Origin: Verrucomicrobiia bacterium
GTDB lineage: Bacteria; Verrucomicrobiota; Verrucomicrobiia; Limisphaerales; DASXHY01
NCBI GenBank assembly: GCA_035629175.1
Contig: DASPIL010000001.1
Location: 65,318-129,317, forward strand
Length of the DNA: 64,000 bases
Direction: 5' to 3'
Shown: piece by piece, positions 34,600-43,684 of the stretch
How positions within the stretch are numbered: the first letter of the stretch is position 1
How the letters are laid out: each line of letters begins with the position of its first letter
Notes under the pieces: generated by a model
Told to the model about the DNA's origin: nothing
The model's database searches: none
What the model saw: the letters and a program-made list of their open reading frames with translations, nothing else
Translations under genes and position numbers: made by a program

Positions 34600-37584
34600 A
34601 TGATTCCGATTGCCCAAACCGGGTTTGCGATGCTCGCCTGGATGGCCTTCTCTGGCGCCAGCCAAGTCAGTGTCGCTGCCGCGGAGTTGCTGCCTCCAGG
34701 CTTTCGCCCCTTGCCTCACGGCGTTCACGCGCTGGTCGGCGCGACCGTAGTTGTCCGGCCGGGGACCGTGCTGGAATCCGCTACCATTGTCATTCGTGAC
34801 GGACGTTTCGATTCCGTGAACACAAACCTGGCGGTGCCTGCGGATGCGCGGGTGTGGCCGATGCAAGGAACGACGATCTATGCAGGATTCATCGAACCTT
34901 ACCTGATTCTCAACGCGGGCGGCGCGCCGGTGTCGACGTCCGAGGCGTTCCCCGTGAATGAAAGCTCGCTGGCTGCGGGCGGCACTCGTTTCTATGGCGC
35001 GCCGGGTGTTCAGAACGAACGGCCGAACGAGCCCACCCAGGGCAACGAGCGATTCGTTCCAGAGCGGCGCTCAGTCGATGGTTACACCGCCAGCAGCGAT
35101 TCTCTCAGGCCGCTTCGAGAATTGGGTTTTACCGCGGCAGTGCTCGCGCCGGGGAAGGGAATCCTGCGCGGTCGAAGTTCCCTGGTTTCATTGCGGGAGG
35201 ACAGCGTGAGCCGTGTTGTGCTGAAGTCGGATCTGTTTCAACACATTGCATTTGATACATCGAACAATGAACCCAATGTCTACCCAGCGTCGCTCATGGG
35301 CGTGATCGCAAGCGTGCGCCAGACATTCTTCAACGCGCAGCACCAGGCTCGAACCACAGCCGCAAACGGTTCAAGAACGTTTTCCGTTTCATTTGATGAT
35401 TCCCTCGAAGCGCTTGCTGCAACTTTGGAGCGCCGCGCTCCCGCGGTGTTCGAGGCGGGCAGCGCGCTGATGAACGAACGCGCGGCGCAGGTCGCGCACG
35501 AATTCGGAATTCCATATCATCTCGTCGCCTCGGGAGAGGAATGGCGGAGGCCCGACCTCCTTCAAACAAACGGCCCGGCCTATATTGTTCCCGTGAATTT
35601 TCCGGCCGCTCCGAAATTGCCGGCGCAAGACGATTGGGAGCAGATCTCGCTCGACCAGTTGCGCGCATGGGACTGGGCCGCCGAAAACCCTGCAATTCTT
35701 GCGAAGAGCGGGGCGCGCGTCGCATTGACGACGCATGGACTTGACGATCGAAAGCATTTTCGCCGAAACCTGCAACTGGCCCTTGATCGCGGATTGAGCG
35801 AGATGGATGCGCTGGCGGCGTTGACGACGATTCCAGCGAGAATCTGTGGAGTGGATAAAATGTTGGGAACGATCGAGCCGGGCAAGATCGCCAACCTCGT
35901 GGTGGTCCACGGAACGAATTACTTCAATCCCGAAAATCGAGTGCGCGCGGTCTGGATCGATGGGCGCATCTATCCCAGCGACGTCAGTGAACCGATCGCA
36001 GGCGAAACCGAGAAGGCGAGGCCGGTTCAAACGCGGGAGCCGGATGCAACGCCGTCGCGGGAAGAGCCGGAGGCGCATCCCAGGCCGGCGGGAACATCCG
36101 ATACTGCGGCTGCAGCGACGAATTCCGCGGCGGGCGCGACGGCAGCCGCTCAACCGGAACGGAAGCTCACGCCGCGTGAGCTGTTAAAGGAACGTGTCGC
36201 GCGTTCGCCGCTTGAGCGGCGCGGTGCCACGACGAATCCGGGATCACTTCTGATCCGCGGCGCTACAGTTTGGACTGCGGGTCCGCAGGGAATTTTGACC
36301 AATGGATCCCTTCTCGTTTCCGGCGGGAAGATTCAGCAGGCCGGGCATTTCAAAACCGAAGTCGCCCAAGGCACGTTCGTAATCGACGGCGCCGGGTTGC
36401 ATGTCACGCCTGGAATTGTTGACTGTCACAGTCACGCCGCGATTCTCGGCAATGGCAATGAAATGGGAGTTCCTTCCTCCGCGATGGTGCGGATAGCCGA
36501 CGTGGTGAACTCCGAGTCTGAGAATTTATATCGGCAACTTGCAGGCGGAGTGACAACGATCAACCTGTTGCATGGATCGGCGAACCCGATTGGCGGACAG
36601 AGTTGCGTGATCAAGCTGCGCGACGGCCAGCCGCCCGCCGGACTGCTGTTCACGAATGCGCCCGCGGGAATCAAGTTTGCGCTTGGGGAAAACGTAAAGC
36701 AGGCCAACTGGGGAGACCGGTTCACCACGCGTTTTCCGCAGACCCGCATGGGCGTTCGCACCTTCATCCAAAACCGGTTCGTCGCTGCGCAGCAGTACCA
36801 GGCCGACTGGGACAAGTTTCGCGCCGCGAATGGTGGGGGTGTGGCGGAGCCGCGGCGGGATCTTGAACTGGAGGCGATCGCCGACATTCTCCGCGGTGAA
36901 CGCTGGATTCACTGCCACGCGTATCGGCAGGATGAGATGTTGATGCTCACGCGCCTGATGCAGGGATTCGGAGTTCAGATTGCCACATTCCAGCATGCGC
37001 TTGAGGCATATAAGATTGCGGATGAACTCGCTGCGGCAAACATCGGCGTGTCACTATTCTCCGACTGGTGGGGTTTCAAATTCGAACTCTTTGACGCTAT
37101 TCCTTACAACGGGTCGGTGGCTCGCGAGCGCGGCCTGCTGGTGTCGTTCAACTCGGATTTTTCCGAACTGGCCCGGAGGCTTTATGTCGAGGCCGCCAAG
37201 GCTGTGAAATATGGAGGAACGCCGGAGCACGAGGCCTTGAAGTTCATCACGATCAACCCCGCGCGGCAATTACGCATCGATTCGTTCACTGGCTCGCTCG
37301 AACCTGGCAAGGATGCGGATTTTGCGATCTGGTCGCGCTCCCCGCTCGATTCCACGACGGTTTGTTTGCAGACATGGATTGAGGGCCGCCGCTATTTCGA
37401 TCGCGAAGCGGACGCCGATCGGATTGAGCAGTTGCGTCGCGAACGAGACGCGCTCGTCGCAAAGGCGCGCCGCGCATCCGATGCAGGAGGCGCCGGAGGC
37501 GAAGCCCCCGCGGGAGGAAAGTCATTCTTTGAGGTATCGCTGGAGCAGCGCCACGAGCATTCCTGGAGGTGTGACGGTGAATAG
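34600..37584 (+). CDS. Large amidohydrolase-family protein (two amidohydrolase-like halves joined by a low-complexity linker)
   Basis: Signal peptide. Motifs LHVTPGIVDCHSH and GKDADFAIW lie in the second half, and GKIANLVVV in the first. A Pro/Ala/Thr-rich linker sits around 36000-36170. Confidence 0.75.
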   Translation: MIPIAQTGFAMLAWMAFSGASQVSVAAAELLPPGFRPLPHGVHALVGATVVVRPGTVLESATIVIRDGRFDSVNTNLAVPADARVWPMQGTTIYAGFIEPYLILNAGGAPVSTSEAFPVNESSLAAGGTRFYGAPGVQNERPNEPTQGNERFVPERRSVDGYTASSDSLRPLRELGFTAAVLAPGKGILRGRSSLVSLREDSVSRVVLKSDLFQHIAFDTSNNEPNVYPASLMGVIASVRQTFFNAQHQARTTAANGSRTFSVSFDDSLEALAATLERRAPAVFEAGSALMNERAAQVAHEFGIPYHLVASGEEWRRPDLLQTNGPAYIVPVNFPAAPKLPAQDDWEQISLDQLRAWDWAAENPAILAKSGARVALTTHGLDDRKHFRRNLQLALDRGLSEMDALAALTTIPARICGVDKMLGTIEPGKIANLVVVHGTNYFNPENRVRAVWIDGRIYPSDVSEPIAGETEKARPVQTREPDATPSREEPEAHPRPAGTSDTAAAATNSAAGATAAAQPERKLTPRELLKERVARSPLERRGATTNPGSLLIRGATVWTAGPQGILTNGSLLVSGGKIQQAGHFKTEVAQGTFVIDGAGLHVTPGIVDCHSHAAILGNGNEMGVPSSAMVRIADVVNSESENLYRQLAGGVTTINLLHGSANPIGGQSCVIKLRDGQPPAGLLFTNAPAGIKFALGENVKQANWGDRFTTRFPQTRMGVRTFIQNRFVAAQQYQADWDKFRAANGGGVAEPRRDLELEAIADILRGERWIHCHAYRQDEMLMLTRLMQGFGVQIATFQHALEAYKIADELAAANIGVSLFSDWWGFKFELFDAIPYNGSVARERGLLVSFNSDFSELARRLYVEAAKAVKYGGTPEHEALKFITINPARQLRIDSFTGSLEPGKDADFAIWSRSPLDSTTVCLQTWIEGRRYFDREADADRIEQLRRERDALVAKARRASDAGGAGGEAPAGGKSFFEVSLEQRHEHSWRCDGE

Positions 37585-38908
37585 AACGCGCTGGTTGAAG
37601 AGGTTTGCCATCTGCGTTGGCGCGTTGTGCGTGTCGCTTTCCCCTTTCGCCAGCGCGCAATCATTGCTTCTAACCAATGCGGTGATTCACACGGTCACAT
37701 CGGGAGTGCTGACAAACCACGCGATTTCCATTGAAGGTGATCGCATCCGCGAACTGCCGGAACTGCGGGCCGATTTTGCCGCCCCGGCCGGCGTCACAGT
37801 CATCGACCTAAAGGGACAGCACGTTTACCCAGGAATCATCGCGCTCGACACAGGCGTGGGACTTACGGAAATCGAAGCCGTTCGCGCGACGCGGGACTCC
37901 AGTGAGGTGGGCGATTACACACCCGATGTGGTTTCGTGGGTTGCGGTGAATCCGGATTCTGAATTGATTCCGGTAGCCCGCGCAAATGGCATCGCGTATT
38001 TCCAGCCCATTCCGAAAGGCAACGTCGTGGCGGGCCAATCCGCGTTGATGGCCGCCAGCGGCTGGACGACGGAGGAGATGACTTTCAAGGCGCCCGCCGC
38101 CTTGCATCTGACGTGGCCAGGCATGGAGTTAAACACCAGCCCGATGGAGCGAACGCGCGAAACCGGCAAGTGGAAGTCGCTTGAAGACCAGGCGAAGGAG
38201 CGGCGTTCGCGGCTCAAATCGATGGAGGATTTTTTTGAAGAGGCGAAGGCCTACGCAAAAGCTGCGGCAGCGAAAGACAATGGCGGGGCGGTGTCCAAGG
38301 TGCCCGCGTGGGAGGCGATGATTCCCTACGTGCGCGGCGAGTTGCCGGTTTTTGTGCATGCTGATGAAGTGCGACAGATTCGCAGCGCCATTGGCTGGGC
38401 TGCCACCAATCAGATCCGCATTGCGATAGCTGGGGGGCGTGACGCTGTTCGCATCGCGGATTTGCTCGCGACCAACGGCGTCCCGGTGATTTACGAAAGT
38501 ATATTTATCCAACCGGCGCGTGACACCGATGCTTATGACCTGCAGTTCAGCGCGCCCGAACTGTTGCGGCAAGCTGGCGTGAAGGTTGCCTTTGCGTTCG
38601 GATCGGGTGGATTTGCAAACACTTCGCTTCGCAATCTGCCGTATGCGGCGGCGCACGCGATCGCGTTCGGTTTGCCTCAGGGGGAAGCGCTGAAGGCGCT
38701 GACGCTGCATCCTGCTGAAATCATTGGCGTCGCGGACAGGCTCGGATCCATTGAGGCAGGCAAATTGGCGACCCTCTTTGTGAGCGATGGCAGCATTTTT
38801 GATGTGCGCTCGCGGGTGACGCGAATGTGGATTGGCGGACGCGAGGTGAGTCTCGAATCGCGGCATACGCGGCTTTACGAGCGATACAGGAACCGCCCAT
38901 CTCCCTGA
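37577..38908 (+). CDS. Amidohydrolase-family protein
   Basis: A GTG start overlaps the previous stop. Signal peptide (RWLKRFAICVGALCVSLSPFASA), then LLLTNAVIHTV...GQHVYPGIIALD...GKLATLFV. The track ORF 5' extension to 37313 overlaps the upstream gene and is rejected. Confidence 0.7.
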   Translation: MNRTRWLKRFAICVGALCVSLSPFASAQSLLLTNAVIHTVTSGVLTNHAISIEGDRIRELPELRADFAAPAGVTVIDLKGQHVYPGIIALDTGVGLTEIEAVRATRDSSEVGDYTPDVVSWVAVNPDSELIPVARANGIAYFQPIPKGNVVAGQSALMAASGWTTEEMTFKAPAALHLTWPGMELNTSPMERTRETGKWKSLEDQAKERRSRLKSMEDFFEEAKAYAKAAAAKDNGGAVSKVPAWEAMIPYVRGELPVFVHADEVRQIRSAIGWAATNQIRIAIAGGRDAVRIADLLATNGVPVIYESIFIQPARDTDAYDLQFSAPELLRQAGVKVAFAFGSGGFANTSLRNLPYAAAHAIAFGLPQGEALKALTLHPAEIIGVADRLGSIEAGKLATLFVSDGSIFDVRSRVTRMWIGGREVSLESRHTRLYERYRNRPSP

Positions 38909-38916
38909 GCCGGGCT

Positions 38917-40068
38917 TCACTTGCGGACTGCATTTTGGACCTGTTCCTTGAACTCCCGGTAGTTGATCGGGAACGCGTGAAAGCCGCTTTTGGTTTCCAC
39001 GTTCCGCCAGCGGGACTCGAGATTTGCGATTCGTTCAGCCGTGGCTGGATGCGTGCTCATCAACGCCATCGCACCGCTGTCCGCCCCCGCAGCTTTGGTC
39101 TCTTCCTTGCGCATCTTCCGGAAGAACTCAATCATTCCATCCGGGCGAATGTTGGCGTGCATGAGGTAATCCCATCCCGCATCATCCGCCTCACGCTCGA
39201 AATCGCGGGAAAACTTTCGTTCGAGCAGGAACGTGCTGTTGCTCGCCAGCACGGCAATGATGCCACTGGCGTCGCCCACCACGAGTTGAACCAGTTGATA
39301 AAGGCCGAGCGTCGATATCACGTTGCGAAACCCATGACGCCGCGTGACATGGGCAATTTCGTGCGCCAGCACGCCAGCGACCTCCTCCGGTGCATCGGAG
39401 GCAAGCAGAAGGCCGGTGTGAATCACGACATGCCCGCCAGGAACCGCAAATGCATTGAGCGTGGGATCCTCGATGATATGGAATCGGAAGGAGTAGGGCG
39501 CATCCTTCACCCCTTCAAGCAGTGGCGCAGTGATCAGCTTGAGTTGTTGCTGGATTGCGGGATCCGTAATCTCGCGTTTGCCTGAGATCAAACTCGCGAA
39601 GGCCTGGTCGCCGAACTTCACCTCCCATTCAACAGGGATCGAGTCCGCAATGCCTGAGACGATGCGGTCCTTCGAGGCGATCAGCACGACGATTGTTGCC
39701 ACAAACAGCAGGGCGATAGTAAGCGCGACGGTCAGAAGCGTGCGGCGGCGGCGGCGATCGTTTCGGTTTTGCGTTGCAAGATCGGACCGATTCGCAAGAA
39801 GCGGGTGCGCGAGGATGGCCCGTTCTCGCGTGTGAATAACGGTCTGCGGACGCGCTGGATGCTTGAAGAAAACGACTTCACCGCTGACGCCGCCGACCTC
39901 CACGTTCATTGCGTCAGCTGGCAGGGAAACAGTTCCTTTCCCCGATTCGAAGTTCACCAACGTTTCAGAGAGTGTGATTGTGCCGGACGCACTCCCGCCC
40001 TCGAGGCTCGGATCAAACGCACCGCCCGGATAATTATTTCTTTGCAAGGATTCGCCGGGTTCAACCAT
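38917..40068 (-). CDS. M48-family zinc metalloprotease with N-terminal cytoplasmic domain and TM anchor
   Basis: HEXXH in VLAHEIAHVTRRH. Downstream are FSRDFEREADDAG and STHPATAERI, typical of M48 peptidases. Confidence 0.8.
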   Translation of the reverse strand: MVEPGESLQRNNYPGGAFDPSLEGGSASGTITLSETLVNFESGKGTVSLPADAMNVEVGGVSGEVVFFKHPARPQTVIHTRERAILAHPLLANRSDLATQNRNDRRRRRTLLTVALTIALLFVATIVVLIASKDRIVSGIADSIPVEWEVKFGDQAFASLISGKREITDPAIQQQLKLITAPLLEGVKDAPYSFRFHIIEDPTLNAFAVPGGHVVIHTGLLLASDAPEEVAGVLAHEIAHVTRRHGFRNVISTLGLYQLVQLVVGDASGIIAVLASNSTFLLERKFSRDFEREADDAGWDYLMHANIRPDGMIEFFRKMRKEETKAAGADSGAMALMSTHPATAERIANLESRWRNVETKSGFHAFPINYREFKEQVQNAVRK

Positions 40069-40361
40069 GGCCGGAAACTAAGATGCACAGGCGGCAGCAG
40101 CAAGTCTGCAGCGTTCGCGCCCCCGGAGATGGGCTTGATTAGGAACGGGTGAGATACGGCGCTCTTCGGTTACCGCGATTCGGACAAGTCGTGTCGCAGG
40201 TTTCACACCTGTCCTGACCGTTGCAGCAGGCTGCTACGGAGGACGGGCTGTCGCGCGGTTCCAAACTCGCAGGGTTTAGTCGAAGCCGAGCAGGCAAATT
40301 GTCCGCCGTGCGCCACAGCGGAAAACATTGCCCGGGCGGGTTGCTCTTCTAAACTCGGCGC

Positions 40362-41921
40362 GTGAAAACCCCTGTGCCCAGTGCCTCGCCAGCGCCCCTC
40401 ACGCCACGCTGGTTCCTTTTCTTCACCGCGTTCATGACGGGTGCGGCAATCATGGTCGTGGAAATCCTGGGCGCAAAAATGTTGTCGCCGTTCATCGGCA
40501 CCTCGCACTTCGTCTGGACAGCGCAGATTGCTGTCACGCTGGTCGCCCTTGCTTGCGGCTATTACGCGGGCGGCCGGCTTGCAGACAAATCGCAGGATCT
40601 GCACACCCTTTACTGGGCAATCATTGGCGCAGCCGTTTACCTCGTCCTTACGGTCCTCGTCTGCGAGCCCGTCGCTTACTGGTGTCTCGACTTCAACCTC
40701 GCCGTCGGCTCCTTGCTCGCATCCGCATTCTTGTTCTTTGTTCCTCTCGGTTTGCTTGCGATGACTGGCCCGTTCCTTGTGCGCGTGATCACGTCAAACG
40801 TCGCCGGCGTCGGCAGCAACGTGGGCCGCCTTACGGCGGTGGGAACGGTTGGCAGCTTCCTTGGAACATTGCTCGTGAGTTATGTCATGCTCCCGTGGAT
40901 TCCCAATTCGACGTCGATGTACCTCACCGCCTCCCTGCTGCTGATCGTGGCGGGTTTTTACTTTCTGCGTTATCGGAGCGGTTCGAAACGGCCGGTGGTT
41001 GCGGTCGCGGCATCCCTGGCTGTGGTGGCTGCGCTCTTCTTCACGGAGGGACGGCGACAGTACGGCACCTTCGTGGAACGGTTTCATGGCAATTCTCATT
41101 TCGGTGAGATCGTTGTCATTGAACGTCGCGACGGCCAGTTGCGGTTTTATTCGAACGATAATCTGGTGCAGAACACTTATGATCCCGTGCGGCGGCAGAG
41201 CGTTTCCACATTCACCTACATGCTGTCAGGACTGGCCCGCGCCTATACGACCAACATATCCAGCGTGCTGTGCATCGGAATGGGCGTCGGCATCGTGCCC
41301 ATGGAGTTCGCGCGGGAAGGCTCCCGTGTGGAAGTCGTTGAAATCAATCCAGCGATCGTTCCCGTGGCGGAACGCTTCTTCGACCTGGAGCCATCAAAAA
41401 TGACGATCATAATTGACGACGGGCGGCACTTTCTGAATCGCGCAACGAACGATTACGACGCCGTCATTCTGGATGCATTTTTGGGAGACTCGTCGCCCGC
41501 GCACTTGATGACACGGGAGGCGTTTGAGTCGATTCGGCGGGTGTTGCGTCCGGGTGGCACGCTGGTGATCAACGCATTCTGCGAGCTCGAACCGGGGCGT
41601 GATTTCTTTGCGGCTTCGCTGCACCAGACGCTGCAATCCGTGTTCAAGGGCGTGCGGATGCATTTTGGCGGGGGCCAGATATATTTCGTCGCCACGGAAA
41701 GGACGGAGCCGCAGGCGTTGCGAACGCCGGATTTTGCCGCGATGCATCCACAGGCCCGCGGTGATGCCATGACCGCCTTCCAGACGCTGGTGAGCACGGA
41801 TCCCGGGCACGGCCGTGTGCTCACCGACGACTACAATCCGGTTGAGTTCCATGATGCGCGGAACCGGGAGATGGTCCGCCGCCGTCTTGCGTTGAATGCG
41901 CGGCAGATGCAAAATTTGTAG
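40362..41921 (+). CDS. Fused polytopic membrane domain / spermidine-synthase-like methyltransferase-fold protein
   Basis: N-terminal region of about 220 aa with multiple TM helices. C-terminal motifs are VLCIGMGVGIVP...VEVVEINP...IIIDDGRHFL...YDAVILDAF...LRPGGTLVIN. Confidence 0.75.
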   Translation: MKTPVPSASPAPLTPRWFLFFTAFMTGAAIMVVEILGAKMLSPFIGTSHFVWTAQIAVTLVALACGYYAGGRLADKSQDLHTLYWAIIGAAVYLVLTVLVCEPVAYWCLDFNLAVGSLLASAFLFFVPLGLLAMTGPFLVRVITSNVAGVGSNVGRLTAVGTVGSFLGTLLVSYVMLPWIPNSTSMYLTASLLLIVAGFYFLRYRSGSKRPVVAVAASLAVVAALFFTEGRRQYGTFVERFHGNSHFGEIVVIERRDGQLRFYSNDNLVQNTYDPVRRQSVSTFTYMLSGLARAYTTNISSVLCIGMGVGIVPMEFAREGSRVEVVEINPAIVPVAERFFDLEPSKMTIIIDDGRHFLNRATNDYDAVILDAFLGDSSPAHLMTREAFESIRRVLRPGGTLVINAFCELEPGRDFFAASLHQTLQSVFKGVRMHFGGGQIYFVATERTEPQALRTPDFAAMHPQARGDAMTAFQTLVSTDPGHGRVLTDDYNPVEFHDARNREMVRRRLALNARQMQNL

Positions 41922-41971
41922 CTGCAACTTTGTTTGTTCGGTTTGCATGACGGGCGGCTCTTTACTGGTGA

Positions 41972-43648
41972 TTGAAAACGACGGACATCCAGGCCTTGCT
42001 GGCGGATTTTCGGGAAACCGGTTCGGAAACCGCCTTTCGCGAACTGGCCGGCCGCTACATTGACCTCGTGTATTCGGTGGCGCGCCGGCTCGTGGATGGC
42101 GATGCGCACCGCGCCGAGGATGTTGCCCAGACCGTCTTTGCCGATCTTGCCCGCAAGGCCTCCAAACTGCCTCCGGACGTTCTGCTCGGCGGATGGCTGC
42201 ATCGGCACACCTGTTTTGTCGCCTCGAACATCATGCGGACCGAGCGCCGCCGTCAGATTCGGGAAAGGCATGCCGTTGAAATGAATGCGTTGCACAGTGA
42301 TCCAGGCGGCCCGGAGTTTTCTGCCATGGCGCCGATGATTGACGAAGCGATCAACGAACTCAGCGAGGCGGATCGCACCGCGATTGTTTTGCGTTTTTTT
42401 GAACATCGTGATTTCCGCGCCGTCGGCGAGGCAATTGGCGCCAATGAAGATGCCGCGCGCATGCGGGTGAATCGCGCGCTCGAACGCCTGGAGGGCGCAT
42501 TGCGCCGCAGGGGAGTGACTTCCACTGCCGCGGCACTGGGAATCATCCTGGGCGTCCATGCTGTTCACGCGGCGCCGGCTGGGCTCGCCCTGGCAGTGTC
42601 GGGCGCCGCTGCTCTCGGGGGGACCGCTGCTTCTGCTGCCACAACAACACAAATCATTGCTATGACTACCGTCCAAAAAACCATTATTACGACTGCGTTG
42701 GCAGTTGCGATTGGCGCAGGCCTGTACCAGGCTAAGCAAGCGTCGGCGCTTCGGAAGGAAGTTGCCGCGCTGGAACAAAAACAGGCACCATTGCAGGCGC
42801 AGATCGCGCAACTGGAACAGCAACAGGCCGAGGCGAAACAAGTGCTGGCTTCGCTTTCGGAGGAGAACGACACCTTGAAAAAGAAACCTTCCGAAGTTCT
42901 GAAACTGCGCGGCGAAGTGGGCCGTTTGCAGGAGGAGAAATCAACGCTCGGGCGGACCGCCGCGTTGAGCAAGGCAACCGAGACCCCCGAGGCGCGCAAG
43001 TTCATGCGCGAACAACAGAAGGCCGGGATGTCCATGCTTTACAAGGAGCTCGGACGCCGCGTCAAGCTGCCCGAGGAGAAGGCCGATCAGCTCAACGATC
43101 TTCTGGCGGACAACATCATGGAAAACGTCGACCTGATCACGACGGTTCTGCGCGATGGAGGAACGCCCGCGGAGGTTGAGCAAAAGTTTGCAGCGTTGGA
43201 GGCGGGTCTGAAGGACAAAGTGAAATCGATGCTCGAGCCTGAAGCCTATGCCGAGTACGAGGAATATACGCGCAACCTGGTGGGGCTGCTGAGCTCGGAA
43301 CAGTTCAAAGGCAAGCTCACGGGCGAGAACGAGGATAAGGACGCGAAGAAACAGCAGCTCTACAACCTTCTCCTCGAGGAGACTCGCGCTGCGCTCACGC
43401 AGGCTGGTTTGCCGCAGGATTATCAACTGCTCCCCATTCTCAACTTCCGGAACATTGCTTTCGAGAACGAAGCAGACCGAAGCCTCCAGCTCCTTTCGGG
43501 AGTTTACGAAAAGGTGGCAGCGCGCAGTACCTCGTTCCTCTCAGCCGAGGAACTGAAGAGCTTTGAGGAATTTCGCAAGCAGGCCATTGAGAACAGCCGC
43601 ATGGGGCTGGTCATGAACCGCAGCCTGATGATGCCCATCGGCAAGTAA
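41972..43648 (+). CDS. ECF-type sigma-70 family factor fused to a TM segment and a long C-terminal helical/coiled-coil domain
   Basis: Region 2 (IDLVYSVARRLVDGDAHRAEDVAQTVFADLA) and region 4 (LSEADRTAIVLRFFEHRDFRAVGEAIGANEDAARMRVNRALERL). These are followed by a hydrophobic stretch and about 330 aa of helical sequence. TTG start. Confidence 0.75.
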   Translation: MKTTDIQALLADFRETGSETAFRELAGRYIDLVYSVARRLVDGDAHRAEDVAQTVFADLARKASKLPPDVLLGGWLHRHTCFVASNIMRTERRRQIRERHAVEMNALHSDPGGPEFSAMAPMIDEAINELSEADRTAIVLRFFEHRDFRAVGEAIGANEDAARMRVNRALERLEGALRRRGVTSTAAALGIILGVHAVHAAPAGLALAVSGAAALGGTAASAATTTQIIAMTTVQKTIITTALAVAIGAGLYQAKQASALRKEVAALEQKQAPLQAQIAQLEQQQAEAKQVLASLSEENDTLKKKPSEVLKLRGEVGRLQEEKSTLGRTAALSKATETPEARKFMREQQKAGMSMLYKELGRRVKLPEEKADQLNDLLADNIMENVDLITTVLRDGGTPAEVEQKFAALEAGLKDKVKSMLEPEAYAEYEEYTRNLVGLLSSEQFKGKLTGENEDKDAKKQQLYNLLLEETRAALTQAGLPQDYQLLPILNFRNIAFENEADRSLQLLSGVYEKVAARSTSFLSAEELKSFEEFRKQAIENSRMGLVMNRSLMMPIGK

Positions 43649-43684
43649 GCCGCGATGGCGGGGAATGGGCGGCGGTCAAACCGC

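Noticed and set aside
37313-37576. 5' extension of the second amidohydrolase ORF.
   Set aside because: It overlaps the 3' end of the upstream gene in another frame. The signal peptide begins right after the GTG at 37571/37577.
40328-41107. 259-aa plus-strand ORF overlapping the spermidine-synthase-like gene in another frame.
   Set aside because: It is Arg/Pro-rich and has no TM periodicity. The +1 frame from 40362 gives coherent TM helices and a methyltransferase fold.
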